This document shows, piece after piece, positions 46,195 through 60,859 of a stretch of DNA of 64,000 bases. The stretch lies in assembly GCA_964016885.1 (NCBI GenBank), contig OZ024744.1:38874001-38938000 (forward strand), given 5' to 3'. Within the stretch, counting starts at the first letter, position 1, and each line of letters opens with the position of its first letter. A model generated the notes under the pieces. The model was not told the origin of the DNA, searched no databases, and worked only from the letters and a program-made list of their open reading frames with translations. This stretch comes from Eledone cirrhosa (taxonomy: Eukaryota). Position numbers and translations under genes: made by a program.

Positions 46195-46320
<126 letters not shown>

Positions 46321-46579
46321 TGACGCCTCTCTTCACACGGTCGAACTGAGTAAAGCGTGTAATGATGGGTATGACGTTGTCTATAAAAACATAGATAAGA
46401 ATTTGAAACCACTATATTTATATATATGTATATATATATATATATGTCCAGGGAGTGAGAAATAAAATTTCATTTTTTCCATTTATCGTTTTTGGTGCGC
46501 CCGGCCGACTCTCTCACTCGATATGCAAATTAGGCTGCCCAGCCGTTAATATGCATAAGGAAAGTATATACTTTCAAAC

Positions 46580-46666
46580 GTTCAATCAACTGACAGGAAG
46601 GTATACGGTGCTGATGACAGCTAATAAGCTAGAAACTAGTTCATCGTTCCTTTGTCAGTGTTGAAC
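46580..46666 (+). ncRNA. Type I hammerhead ribozyme with extended helix I
   Basis: ACGGTG-CTGATGA-cAGCT aata AGCTa-GAAA-CTAG-TT-CATCGT; distal pairing GTTCAA..ACTGACA with TGTCAGT..TTGAAC. Confidence 0.85.
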
Positions 46667-46760
46667 AAAATGGCAATGATGGTTGCCGAACATTGTACGG
46701 CTAATAATTCGGGATGTTTGTTTACAAACAAACCGAGCAAATGTTCGGTAAAACCCATAC

Positions 46761-46854
<94 letters not shown>

Positions 46855-46972
46855 ATGTATGTATGTATATACATACTACTGTATGTCTGTATACATATAT
46901 GTATGTACGTATACATACTTATATTTAAGTATCAGCCGTACTAGGAGTGAAAAATTAAATTTCATTTTTTCC

Positions 46973-47013
<41 letters not shown>

Positions 47014-47044
47014 CCAAGACGCCCTACCTTTCTATCTATCTATC

Positions 47045-47240
47045 TGTTTATTCTATCGACGGGCTATTAAACAACCCATATGTGGCGCTTCCCCACTCTT
47101 GGGGATTTCGATTGTTATAATTCTTTGTTTCAATATTTTTACACGACTGTATGTAAAATCCCCGGCATGTGACTTTGTATTGTCCCCTTTTCTTGTGCGC
47201 CCTTGTGGCAAATAAAGAAATATATCTATCTATCTATCTA
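47045..47240 (+). mobile_element. Tx1-like LINE 3' UTR fragment with (CTAT)n tail
   Basis: Matches 50803-50988. Confidence 0.85.
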
Positions 47241-47242
47241 GC

Positions 47243-50200
47243 ATATGGTTGCCTATTCAGATCACAAACTAGTCGTCTGCATAGTCAACCGTGATATAAT
47301 ACATAGACAAGGACCCGGATACTGGAAGCTGAACGTGTCGTTGCCGGCACGAAAAGCCTACAGTGAACGGATAAGTAGATTAGTTAAGCAAGAGTTGACG
47401 GGAGCCATCGTCAACAATAGATGGTGGTACTCTCTCAAGAGAGCAATTAGAGTAGAATCGATAGGGTTTAGCAGAGAATTAGCTTTAAAGAGAAACAAAA
47501 CAGAAACGGAACTAGTAACCAAGGTAGAGGAGGCGCTTAGGAGTGGCAACGCAGCTAGAGTGCTAGCATCGAGAACAGCACTGGACCAGTTCTTCGACGC
47601 GAAACATGAAGGCTGCGTGGTCAGAAGTAAATCACGTGCTCTAGGAAACGAGGGAGCAAAAGCTGTTAGCTGGGCCCGAGTGGCAGAGGCGAAAAGTGGC
47701 AACATGTCCACGATTCGGTCTTTGAAAGACCAAAACGGACGCGTGCTACTTGACCCCCAGGCAGATGTGCGCGGCCTTTCAGTGGCACTTTGCGCGACTG
47801 TTTGAGCAGAACGACGGTGCACCGAACGAGGAAATGGACTTTGGTTCATACCTTGACGGCCTGTCGCGTCTCTCGAGCATGGACGCCGAGTTCTGCGAAA
47901 GACCGATCACAGCCACTGAGATACGGCGCGCTCTGGGCCGCTGCGAGAAACGCAAATCACCCGGTGTAGATGCTCTACCCTATGAGTTTTACATAGGCAT
48001 GTCGGGCTTGTTCTCTGGCGTCCTAGAAGCCGTCTACTACAATTAGCAGAAGAACGGGACAATTCCCAGTTCTGCAGGCAAGGGCGTATTAACGCTGATC
48101 AGGAAAGACGAGAACAAGGGGGAGGAAATAAACAATTTCAGGCCCATAACTCTGCTCAACACAGAGTTAAAGATTTTGACCAAGGTACTAGCAATGAGGC
48201 TGGCGCTTGTCGTCGAAAACCTGGTAGGAAAGCGCAAACGTGTGCACTCCCGACCAGGTCTATACACGACAACCTCCACCTCATGCGATACATCATAGAG
48301 AGAGTGGGGTGTAAACCCGGCTTCGGTAGGGATCTGATCAATTTAGATCAGTCTAAGGCATTCGATAGGGTCGACCATCGTTACTTGGAAGCGGTTCTCA
48401 AGGCGGCCGGTTTCGGTCCCGTTTTCAGAGGCTGGATCAAGGCGATGCACACCAGCATCTGCTCGAGGGTCAAGGTGAACGGCTACCTATCGGAGCCGTT
48501 CGTAATCACGCTTTCCATTCGACAGGGATGCCCTCTCTCCTCCATTCTGTACATATTGACTCTAGAGCCACTACTGCGGAAGTTGGAGCTTTTGCAAGGC
48601 ATCGCTTTAGAACCGGGACTGCGAAAAGTGGCGTCGGGTTATGCCGACGACGTGACAGTAATGGTGTCGAGCACCTCGGAAATCAAGGTAATCGGCAACC
48701 TACTACAGGAATACGAAAGGTTCACAGGAGCAAAACTCAACCCGGACAAGTCTGTCGATTTGCAACTCGGAACGTGGAGAGGCAAATTAGCAGAAGAACG
48801 GGACAATTCCCAGTTCTGCAGGCAAGGGCGTATTAACGCTGATCAGGAAAGACGAGAACAAGGGGGAGGAAATAAACAATTTCAGGCCCATAACTCTGCT
48901 CAACACAGAGTTAAAGATTTTGACCAAGGTACTAGCAATGAGGCTGGCGCTTGTCGTCGAAAACCTGGTAGGAAAGCGCAAACGTGTGCACTCCCGACCA
49001 GGTCTATACACGACAACCTCCACCTCATGCGATACATCATAGAGAGAGTGGGGTGTAAACCCGGCTTCGGTAGGGATCTGATCAATTTAGATCAGTCTAA
49101 GGCATTCGATAGGGTCGACCATCGTTACTTGGAAGCGGTTCTCAAGGCGGCCGGTTTCGGTCCCGTTTTCAGAGGCTGGATCAAGGCGATGCACACCAGC
49201 ATCTGCTCGAGGGTCAAGGTGAACGGCTACCTATCGGAGCCGTTCGTAATCACGCTTTCCATTCGACAGGGATGCCCTCTCTCCTCCATTCTGTACATAT
49301 TGACTCTAGAGCCACTACTGCGGAAGTTGGAGCTTTTGCAAGGCATCGCTTTAGAACCGGGACTGCGAAAAGTGGCGTCGGGTTATGCCGACGACGTGAC
49401 AGTAATGGTGTCGAGCACCTCGGAAATCAAGGTAATCGGCAACCTACTACAGGAATACGAAAGGTTCACAGGAGCAAAACTCAACCCGGACAAGTCTGTC
49501 GATTTGCAACTCGGAACGTGGAGAGGCAAATTGATGCCGTCTGACAGCGTCATCGGACGCTGGGCGGAAGGACCGGTGAAATTGCTCGGGGTCTGGTTCG
49601 GTCCAGACCTCCAGGTGGAGAAAAACTGGAACGAGGTCATGGCCAAGGTATTTGCGCTCACCCAGAAGTGGGCAGAGTGCAAACTGTCTTTGAAAGGTCG
49701 AATGGAGGTGGCGAACACTTTCATAGCGTCCGTCATCTACTACCTCTTGACGGTCGTGCCTTGTCCCCGTGAATACCTCACCAAGATGGAACGCATGCTC
49801 TTCCAGTTCCTGTGGAAGAAGCAGGCTCCACTGGTGAGGAGATCCTTCTGCTGTCAACACCCTTCCAACGGAGGGATGGGCATGCCGTGGCTAATGATGC
49901 GCAAACATGCGCTGAGGCTACAGCATCTCCAGGTATTCCTCACCGACCAACCGGTGTGGGCACCGTTTGTGAGACAGGCCTTACCACAACTTGTCTCGCT
50001 GACGGAGCTGCAGTTCTGGGTGAAGCGAAGACCGAAGAAGATGGGCTCCTGGCACTTTGAATGCGCCCAGGCCCCCACAGTCCTCTGTCAAGCGGGCACA
50101 GCAATCAGTGGAGACTCCACTTCGACATTCTATAGAGGGTTAGTACTTTACAAGTGCGACGACGTGCTCGGGGAGACTCTAAGCGTCGAAGACGACGAGT

Positions 50201-50988
50201 TCACCAGTCTGTCCGGTAGGACTTTCCGTCCCTGGCCTGGCAGTGCTACCGAGGAGCTCTACCCGTTCAAGATAAGATCTACAGGCACGGATGCCCCGGC
50301 AGGGAACCTTCCAAGAGGACGTGTCCAAGATTCGAGCAGAACATTGAAACCGTCTTTTATGCAATTGTACACTCTCTGGGCGTAAGCGACCTGTGGAACT
50401 ATGCAGAACAACTGCTGTCGCGTATGGGACAAATCCAGTTGACTGCCGAGCCCGTAGTAAGGATCAAACCGCTAGCCTCTTTCAAAAATGAAAGAGAGGC
50501 GGTTTTCTTCTGTACAGTGGCTATGGTGAAAGAGGTGATATGGTGGACGAAATTGAGAGGACTGAGGACAGATGCCTTTCTTTCCGGACAACAATTGATC
50601 CCCTTCTTTAAGTATCACTTTAGAAGGAGAATCAGAGTGGAGAGAGAGGCACTGCACGCCAGTAAATTTACTGAAAGGCGGGTGAATGAAGCGAAAATGG
50701 CCCGAGTGATTGGGCCTTCTCTGTTTATAAGCCTGTAGGTTAAAGAAGAGAGAAAAAGGAAGAAAGGAGCACTTGCACAACACGCTCCTGAAGTTGAGGG
50801 TTGTTCTATCGACGGGGGTATTAAACAACCCATTTGTGGCGCTTCCCCCCTATTGAGGATTTCGATTGTTATAATTATTTGTTTCAATATGTTTACACGA
50901 CTGTATGTAAAATCCCCGGCATGTGTCTTTGTATTGTCCCCTTTTCTTGTGCGCCCTTGTGGCAAATAAAGAAATCTATCTATCTATC
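47243..50988 (+). mobile_element. 5'-truncated Tx1-like LINE ORF2 + 3' UTR with internal duplication
   Basis: SDHK, YWKLN, KSPG, LDQSKAFDRVDH, RQGCPLS, YADDV; AATAAA then (CTAT)n tail. Confidence 0.93.
48041..49528 (+). repeat. Apparently exact 744-bp tandem duplication of the RT core
   Basis: Identical ORFs offset by 744 bp; AATT microhomology at the junctions. Confidence 0.95.
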
Positions 50989-51495
50989 TGTTTTCCTTTG
51001 TGTGATAGCTATGGCGAAAGGGGTTGTATGGTGGACGAGGTTGAAAGGGCTGAGGTCAGACACCTTTCTCTTCGGCCAACAACTGATTCTTTTTTTCAAA
51101 TACCACTTTGGAAGAAGAATCAGGATGGAGAGAGAGGTGCTGTACCCCAGCAAGTTTTATGAAAGGTGGGTGAAAGTGGCGAGAATGGCCCGAGTGAATG
51201 GGCCTTCTCTCTATATCAGCCTGTAGGTTGAGGAAAAAGAGGAAGAGAGGAAAGGGGTACAAACTCTTCGTACTCTTGGAGATGAGGGTTGCACATTTTT
51301 TTTCGGGGGTATGTGCTACCCATATGGAATGTCTCGCCCTATTGGGGGAAAATCGATTAACTTTTAATTTGCATTCATGATAATATTTTACACGTTTTTA
51401 TTGTATGTAACCCCACCCCCACCCCATCCTTTGTAATTGTCCCCTTCTTTTGTGCCCCTGTGGCTAATAAAGAAACATATCTATCTATCTATCTG
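50989..51495 (+). mobile_element. Tx1-like LINE 3' end fragment (related subfamily)
   Basis: AMAKGVVWWTRLKGLR..FFKYH..SL*, 3' UTR, (CTAT)n. Confidence 0.88.
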
Positions 51496-51499
51496 TCTG

Positions 51500-54400
51500 T
51501 CTTTATGGGTAGACGTGTGACGGCTCGATGGTGAGTTTTTTGTTTAATTTCCTATGAGAAATTCTGATATTTGTAAATTTTATTATACATCGTTTTAAAG
51601 ATAAACCAACCACCTGAAACTTCAGTCAAAATGGAACAAATGGAACAATTTAGTGAAAATGGAACAAATGCGACCTTCCTCAAAAACTCAGAACGCTTCT
51701 GGAAAGGGAAGAGTAAAAGAAGGCATTATGCCTTCCTGCTGCCATGCCAGCTGTCGCCATGACAACAGTATCAAGTTTTCATTCGTAATTTTGTTTATTT
51801 GCGAAAATCAACAACTTAACAAATGGAAAAAACAACAACACAAAGACAAATACCTCAAACGAAAACAATAACACCAACAACAATGAAAATAACCAAAATG
51901 ACAAAAACAATAAAAACAACAACAGCAGCACAATTGACAATAAAAACCAAATATATACGAAAATAAAAACATTTGCAGCGGCAGTTGCCAAGGAGACGGA
52001 ATTCATAGACATAGACATCTCAAATAAAGTGCAGTACCTGAAGGACACTGCGCAATATGGTAGCATCTCGGTGCTCTTCAACAGCGAGGCCCTCGCTCAA
52101 CAATATTCGGTGGCTCTGATTAAAACGAGCCAATACATCTTTTTCTCTACAGTTATGGGAAGAACACACAAGACAAGGGTGTTCCAGATCCCACCGAACA
52201 CCAACATTTGGTGGATCCTGGGTGCTTTTTTGGGGAGGAGGGTGAAGACACCCCAAAGAGTACCTGTTGATAACAGCCATGTTATCAACATTACAGTGCA
52301 GGGCAGAAAACCAGTGTTTTCGATGTGGAAAGGGTACCCATATAAAAGACTTCTGTCCAATGCTAAATACACAAAACCAGAACAAGATGTTGCTACCAAC
52401 GCCAACAGCAACACCCGAAAACAAAGAACACAACCAAAAAACCATCAACATCAATTCCACCATCACAAACAAAACAAAATACCACACGAAAAATTCCCCC
52501 TGAAGCATTGTATCTTACCCCCTTCTCCCTCTGTCTAACACTCCTTCAAACACACACACAAACACTCCACCACCACACAACATACCCCTCCCACATACCC
52601 CTGATGATAACATCTCAGACGCAGCAACCGCCTCATCTCCAAGCAAAAAATGAGGCATCGCAAAAACACAAAAGTACCAATCACCAACACAAAGCCTCCC
52701 CCACAAACGACAACCACACTAACAACACAGACACGACCCCCACCCCACCAGCAAAACAAACACCAACACCACTACAAACGGCAACCACACCAACAACACA
52801 GACACCACTCACCCCCACCAGCAAAACAAACACCAACACCACTACAAACGACAACCACACCAACAACACAGACACGACCCCCACCAGCAAAACAAACACC
52901 AACACCACTACAAACGGCAACCACACCAACAACACAGACACCCCTCACCCCCACCAGCAAAACAAACACCAACACCACCACAAGCAGAAATGCCCACCGC
53001 CAAAAGAAAATTAGAGAACAAACAACAAACAGAAACATCACAGCAAAAAATCAAACCAAACTACACATACATTAACACTAGAAATAAAGACCTAATGGAG
53101 GCCATCACAAAAGACCGAAGGAAAAACCTTCACCAGCACAAACACAGCACCACACCTAAAACTGATAGGAGTTCCAACACAAATTTACAGTTTTCTTAAA
53201 GAAAACTTCCCCATGGTGTTGGATCCCTGTGCCAACAACGCTTCCACTATGTACTCCTGAAATGTTTCCCCACACCACCAAATATCCCCACCACCACCAG
53301 CATGGAGATCGAAACCCCCCCCCCCCCTTCAGGAAACTAAGAGGTAAGTATTTCTGCCTTTTCCTCTCCCTAACTCTTCTTCACCGACATGGTGACTGTA
53401 TGAGTTGGATGTTAGAATGTGCGTGGCCTGGGGATGTCCTGAAAACAGGGCCAACTTCTAAAAGACCTCAGGTCACACTGTATAGATGTGATAGCTGTCA
53501 GCAAATTCAGGATTCACGACTAGCAGCAGTTAACACCCATGTTCGATGACTTTGAGATCTACGCATCTCTCTGTCGGCCAGGAGGTGGAGAGGGAGTTAC
53601 TGTTTTTGGGGGGTTCTTTTCGAAAAAAACCTGCATCTCGAAGTACAGACAATCTACTTGGATCCGGAGGGCAAGTTGGTGGTCCTAGACGTGAATGGTA
53701 GCGAAGGTGGAGCTTTCAGACTGGTGGCCATATATGCCCCGACTGGGACATTGCAGCCGGAGTTCTTTAAGCGTCTGGAGTATTTCCTGGGAACATCTTG
53801 CAATTTACAGTTAGCCGGGGACTGGAATGGTATCTTGGACGCACGTTGGCACTATGTAGGAACATGCAATAGTAGAGAGGGGTGTAACAAAAGGATGTAT
53901 TGTCAGAAGTAGAAACGTGCTTTGAGAAACGAACGAGCCAAAGCTGTTAGTTGGGCCCGAGTGGCAGAGGCGAAAAGTGGCAACCAATCCACAATTCGGT
54001 CTATGAAAGACCAAGACGGGCGCGTGCTACATGAATCCAGGCAGATGTGCACGGCTTTACACAACGGGAAGAGCGGTGTGTCGGACGGGGTAACGGACTT
54101 CAGTCCCTACCTCGACGGCCTACCGTGACTCTCGAACACGGATGCAGAGAGCTGTGAAAGGCCGATCATAGCCGCTCAAATACAAGATTCCATAGGCCAC
54201 TGTGGGAAACGTAAATCACCCGGTCTAGATGGTCTACCCTATGAGTTTTACATAGGCATGCCTGACTTGTTCTCTAACATCCTCGAAGCGGTCTACTGCA
54301 ACTGGTAGCAGAACGGGAGAATTGCCAGTTCTGTAAGCCGAGGTGTAGTAACGCTGAAGAGGAAAGACGAGAACAAAGGGCACAACATAAGCAATTTCAG

Positions 54401-55670
54401 GCCCATAACTCTACTCAACACAGAATTGAAGATTTTGGCCAAGGTGTTGGCAACGAGGCTGGCGCTTGTCATCAAGAGCGTGGCGGGAGAAGCACAAACG
54501 TGTGCAATCCCGACCAGGTCATACACGACAACCTCCACCTCATGCGATACATCATAGATAGGGGTAATGTGTAAACCTGGTTTCAGTGCGGCTCTGATCA
54601 ATTTAGATCAATCTAAGCCATTCGATAAGGTCGACTATCAATACGTGTAAGCGGTTCTCAAGGCGGTCGGTTTCGGTCCCGTCTTCAGAGGCTGGATCGC
54701 TGCCATGAACACCAGCATCTGCTCGGCAGTCAAGGTGAATGGCTACCTATCGGAGCCATTCCAAATCATGCCTTCCATCCGTCAGGGATGCCCTCTCTCC
54801 TCCATTCTGTATGTACTGACTCTTGAGCCACTACTGCGGAAGCTGGAGCTATTGCAGGGCATTCCGCTCGAACCAGGGCTGCGGATAGCAGCGTCAGCCT
54901 ACACCAACAACGTGACCATATTAGTGTCGAAAAACTCGGAAACCGGGGTAATCGACAACTTATTACAAGAATACCAAACGTTGACAGGAGCAAGACTAAA
55001 CCCAAAGAAGTCTGTCGGTTTGCAAATCGGCACGTGGATAGGCAAACCGATGTCATCCGACAGCATCGTTGGACGCTGGACGGAAGGACCGATGAAATTG
55101 CTCTGGGTTTGGTTCGGTCCAGACTTCGAGGTGGAGTAAAACTGGAACGAGGTCACGGAGAAAGTATTTGCGCTCGCCCAGAAGTGGGCTGAGTGCAAAC
55201 TCTCCTTAGAACGTCGAGTGGAGGTGGGGAACACTTACATAGCGTCCGTCTTCTACTACCGATTGACAGTAGTGCCCTGTCTCCGTGATCATCTCGCCAA
55301 AATGGAACGCCTACTCTTCAAGTTTCTTTGGAAGAAACAGGCTCCATTGGTGAGGAGATCCATCTGCTCTAAACACCCTTCCAACGGAGGGCTGGGCGTG
55401 CCGTGGCTGATGCACAAACATGCGCTGTGGTCGTCGTTTGTGAGACAACCTTTTCTGCAACTCGTCTCGCTAACAGAGCTGCAGTCCTGGGTCAAGCGAA
55501 GACTGAATATGGGCACCTGGCACCTCGAGTGCACTCAGGCGCTCACAGTCCTCTAGCAGGCGGACACTGCAATCAGCGAAGACTCCACGTCAACATTCTA
55601 TAGGGGATTAGTAGAGGATCAGTGCGACAACGTTCTGGACGTCGAAGAGGACGAACTGGCCAGTCTGTTT
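51500..55670 (+). mobile_element. Third Tx1-like LINE: ORF1 with zinc knuckle and internally deleted ORF2
   Basis: CFRCGKGTHIKDFC; RLVAIYAP, GDWN; deletion at ~53885; RQGCPLS; many stops. Confidence 0.88.
52700..52981 (+). repeat. C/A-rich minisatellite within the LINE
   Basis: Recurring CCCCACCAGCAAAACAAACACCAACACCACTACAAACG. Confidence 0.85.
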
Positions 55671-55899
55671 CTGGTTGATTACCCTTCATCAGTGCAGCTC
55701 ACTGTTGACCTGCCAACTGTCAGAGTTAGTGAAAGTATAAGATATTTTCAACAATATACAGTGACTGATCGGCCTGATTTGCATATTAGCAGACTAGCTG
55801 ATCAGTAAGATCTACATATGAGCGATCCACTGATCAGCCAGATTTGAATATCAGCAGATAGGCCAGTCGGTCTCATGTATATGAGCGATTAATGGCCGG

Positions 55900-56860
55900 C
55901 TTTGCCATATTCAAATAACAAACGGGCTCCTACGCTTCGAGGTTCGTAGATGTTGTCAGAGAGATATGATGCGACATTCAAATGTTGTTTGGATTGATGT
56001 TAGGCCTCTGCTTCCCTGCTTACGTTTGAAGTAAAGGCGGTCTATGTCACTGTTGATGTGGAAATTTCCGGTGTTGTTTAGTATTTTCGAGTTCTAAAAT
56101 CAACTGCTCGGATTTCGTCTATCGTCCAATTGAGTATTCCAAACGTTGGTGTTAGGACAGGCACAGCAAACATATTGTGAGCCACTGTTTTGTTTTGCAC
56201 AGAGAGCTCCGATGACCAGATCTTTCTTAATCGGGTGTAGTATTCCCTGGTTACGCCTTCCTTATTACAGATACCATTATAGGATATGTTCTCATCTATC
56301 CCCAGGTATCTGTAGCAGTCCTCATCCCATTCATGTTCTTGGTATAGAGTTTCAGATCATCCACAAATAAATTATGGGTTAGGTTCGTATTTCTGTCCTC
56401 CTGTGAGCCAATGATGTGTCCTTCACATTTCTTGAGCAAAAAGGACAGGGGAAAGGACAGGGATTGTTTTTTGCCATTTTATAACAATTAAATAAATCAT
56501 CATTAAGTTCGCAACTCCAAGAGAAATGTGATTTATAATTTCGGTTTCTTCTGTAGCTAAAACTGAATAAATGTTGTTTGCCTTTCTCGTTTTTCTTTGG
56601 TATTCCACTAATGTTGTTGTTGGTGGTGTTGTGTTCAGCCATGCTGTTTGTAGCAAATCCTTGTAAAATGAATTATGTATTTAGTCGGATATCTCTACGA
56701 ATTCGAATAAAATGTGTCTTCCGTGGATATAGTTAGAAGAATAACCAGTTATTCAACATGACTGGTAGTTGTGGCATTACTCTCGGAGATAGTATTCATC
56801 TTAAATTTAATGAATAGTCTCCCACACCAAAATATGCGACTGGTCGCGTTGACTGACTGA
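55900..56860 (-). mobile_element. Internally deleted R4/Dong-like element (5' end fused to RT C-terminal part)
   Basis: 56460-56860 homologous to ~790-1184. Manual translation gives LTHNLFVDDLKLY, YRYLGI, NKTVAHNMFAVPVL..FGILNW, HINSDIDRLYFKRKQGSRGL. Confidence 0.85.
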
Positions 56861-58451
56861 CTATGTATGTCTGACTATGTATGTATGTGTTTTCCCTTAC
56901 TCACACGTTGTTTCATCTAAAATTTTACAAGGGTGTTGCTTCAGTTTCAAATTATTAAGCATTACAATTTCATTAAAAATGGCAAAAGAGCAAAGATTTT
57001 ACTATACTACTTAGATAAACTGAGATATCTGCAGAAATTCACCACTGATAATGTATGTTCGTTATTGAGTCACATGTATAAATGAAAAATTGTTGTCTGG
57101 CCTCTACTTGGGCTATGATCTCACGGTTGATGCACAATTGTTGTAAAGAATTTAGAAACTGACATGGAGGATATCATGAACGATGTCATTTTTGCCATTA
57201 CACTTTTCAGTCTAAAAGTAGTTTATTGCGCGCAACGTCTTTGCAGGACCTATTCTGACACTTATATTTGGCTTTCTGAATTAGTCGCTACAATAGGTTG
57301 CTACAAGAATATAAAAACTGAGTAACTGCTTAACATCAATTGGAATGTAGACAGATTATATTTTGCATATGTTCTTAAATCTGTATTATCAACATACGGG
57401 ACACGGGTTGCAATATTTTCTGCAGAGAAAAAGGCCAACAACTATCTCGTACGTGTTTCTGAGAATGAAAACAATGTTTTAGGATAGCCAATGAACTGAA
57501 CACATATGTCTCTCCAGACAATCTTGAAATTTCTATTTAATTTTGCAACGAAATAAAAAGTAAATTAGTCCGCTGTGAAGGATGTACAGGCATACTTGAA
57601 ACTAAAACCATTGGAGGAATAAACCACAACAAAGGCCTAGCAAACAATACTTACTGACAGGTGCATAATATCTCAAATTAGAGGTTATCGCCACGCAGTC
57701 CACTACCAAGAAATTGCCACCAAGTAGCTACTACACAAACGAGAAAAGCTATCAGTTAACAACAAATGTAAGTTATGCAAAACCTGAAGATATTAACAGC
57801 ATTGCCAATTAAAGAATCCCCATAGATACTATATTCTCATAAACTATTATATTAGTATCTAGAACAAATTGAAATAGAGACTAAAAATAACAAAAAAAAT
57901 AACAAATATGATTGTATTGAGACAGTTGTATCAAACGAATAAAGGTAGAACCTAAAGATAAAAACAGCCTCCAAATCAAAACAAACTGTATAATATTGTT
58001 TCTCGGGACCCCAAAATATGATAATCAAATCTGCTACACGTAACGTCAATATGCTAAGAAAATTATCAAAGAAAATAGATATGTATGGAAGAGTGATGAG
58101 GTACTTACAAACTCGTACATAAAATATGCTCAAAGTTTGTCATTTATTATATCCAACAAGCCTGTATAAACAATGGCTGAACGTGGCTTCTTGCGAAAAG
58201 AACATTGCTCCATAATTCACACGCTCTAGATGATTACGTTATCTGGGACCATAAAAATCTAGAATTTCTATTTGTAATTGTTTTCCAAGACGTCTTTAAA
58301 AATTAAAGAGTGAAAGGTTGCGCCAAACAAGATGAAAAGAAGGAGATATTCTTATTTTAAAATACATTTTTTTTTGCTTTACATTGCCACCGAGCAGGTG
58401 GGCGGTCAAAAGAAAAATAACTGAAAAACATGTCAGTACAGGGAAAACAGA

Positions 58452-58495
58452 TACATACATACATACATACATACATACATACATACATACATACA

Positions 58496-58531
<36 letters not shown>

Positions 58532-58561
58532 CATACATACATACATACATACATACATACA

Positions 58562-58594
<33 letters not shown>

Positions 58595-58762
58595 GTATAT
58601 ATATAGATACATACATATATACATACATCTTCAACCACTCTCTTAACAAGTACTAATTAAATTTTTAAGATAATTTCATGTTCTGAAAAATTATATTCCG
58701 AGAAATCTGAGTCAAGATCAAGGAGAAATTCTATTGTCAAGTTCTTATCACTGTTTCTTGCT

Positions 58763-58815
<53 letters not shown>

Positions 58816-59204
58816 ACTCAGACACACACACACACTCACACACATACTCACACGCACACAGTCACACACACACACATACTCACAAACACACTCACACACA
58901 CATAGTCACACACACACTCGCACACACACTCACACACACACACAGTCACACACATACTCACACGCACACAGTCACACACACACACACACACATACTCACA
59001 AACACACTCACACACATACTCACACACATACACTAACTCCATCTCCATCTCTCTCCTTCCATCTCTCTTCCTCCATCCCTCTCCCTCTCTCTCTCCCTCT
59101 CTCCTTCCATCCCTCTCCCTCTCTCTCCTTCCATACCCCTTCTCTCTCTCTCTCCTGCCATACCCCCCTCTCTCTCCTTCCATCCTCCCTCTCTCTCTCC
59201 TTCC

Positions 59205-59267
<63 letters not shown>

Positions 59268-59276
59268 TCTCTCTCA

Positions 59277-59307
<31 letters not shown>

Positions 59308-59310
59308 TCC
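58452..59310. repeat. (CATA)n, (CT)n, (CA)n microsatellite cluster
   Basis: Directly visible. Confidence 0.95.
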
Positions 59311-60429
59311 ATCTCGTTCTCTCCTTTTTTATTCTCTTATTTGTATTCTTTCTGCTCTACCAGACTGTGATTCTCTGCTACATCATTCCGATTGAAATAT
59401 GGAAGACCAAAGCAAAGTGTTTAAAGACACTAGATTTCATAGAATCTGATAGATTAAGTCGTTGCTAATCCCATATTTGTGTATGTCTTCGATAGCTAAT
59501 GAGTTCTATGAGGGACTAACTGCGCCACTGACAATCAAGACAGATGTGCTGGTGTTGTGGGGATGATGACAATACTAGTAAAGGTGTCTTGCATGCGGTG
59601 GCATGTCACACAATATAGATTATAATGGATTAAACATCAGCATTTGAACTATTTCTTTGAATGATCTGACTATAAAACATCTACAAGAGCCGAAAGTCTT
59701 CGATAGAAGTAGAAAACAATTCTATTTTAAATAAGTGGAGGACATATTATAGATATGCATTTGTATACGCGTGCACATCTATTTACTTATGCACATGCAA
59801 ATACGTATATGTATACATACACACAAACAACTGGTCATCATTCTCCCTCGCTCTCTCTATCTCTCTCTCTCTCTCTCTCTCTCACACGCGCGCGCGCGCA
59901 CGCGTACAGAAACACACACACATTCACTGAATATGTATATACTTCTTTGTTTTTGTATTTGTTTTGCAAGAGTTTTGACGTGAAAATGTGTGATAAAACG
60001 GTTATTGTTATACTTTGGGAGGGTCATGCTGCCAATAAAAACACATGCACCAGTTGAGTTTCACTTCAATTTATTATTATAATTTCCCGTCGGTTAGTTT
60101 AATAACCGGATGGTTGTTTAGTTGTTGATTATCAAATAATTCTGTGACCTCTTCAGTGACTACTTTTGTTACTTTGTGTCTCCTCTTTGTTTTGTTTTGC
60201 ATCATCTTGTCTTTGGGAGCCGTGCACCTGGATTGCATGGGCGTTACGTCCGGGAGTAGTGGATGGAATTTATTTATTTATTTGAATGAACCCCGAGTCG
60301 AGAAAAGCTCATCAGTACTCTACCAACATACCGAAATGGAACATGTGGCTCACTAGAAAACATCGAAATAAAAACTATATCCACGCACAGAACACAAGCA
60401 ATGTTCCGACAGATTACTGAAGCTATATA

Positions 60430-60750
60430 CATCATCATCATCATTTTACGTCTCCTTTTCCCTGCTTGCATCTCTCCACTTGTCACGGTCCTTCGTCATC
60501 TCCTTCGTGAGTTTCAGCGATCGGAGGTCTGCTCTCACCACCTCCGCCCATTTTTTTCGTGGTCTTCCTCTACTGCGTCTCCCTTCTACTGGGATTTCTT
60601 GGCACTTCTTTACCCGGCGGTCATCCTCCATGAGCATCACATGTCCATACCATCTCAGTCTTCTCTCCTGCACACCACAATTTATCCTTCTTATACCCAG
60701 TTTCTCTCTATGCTTGGTCGTTCACGCACATTGACATTGCACACCCAATA
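60430..60750 (-). mobile_element. RTE-clade LINE 3' end
   Basis: RRLRWYGHVM..GRRSRGRPRKKW..DRDKWR followed by a (GAT)n tail. Confidence 0.9.
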
Positions 60751-60859
60751 AATAAAAACTCACATAAACCCGGGTTTAACGCATGCGCAGTCCTAGCATA
60801 CAACTCACACCGAGAAGATGGTATAAAACTGAACAAAGAGGAGACAAAGTAACAAAGTA

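Noticed and set aside
57000-58400. Non-repetitive-looking stretch that might be a host exon or transposase
   Set aside because: No sustained ORF or recognisable motif
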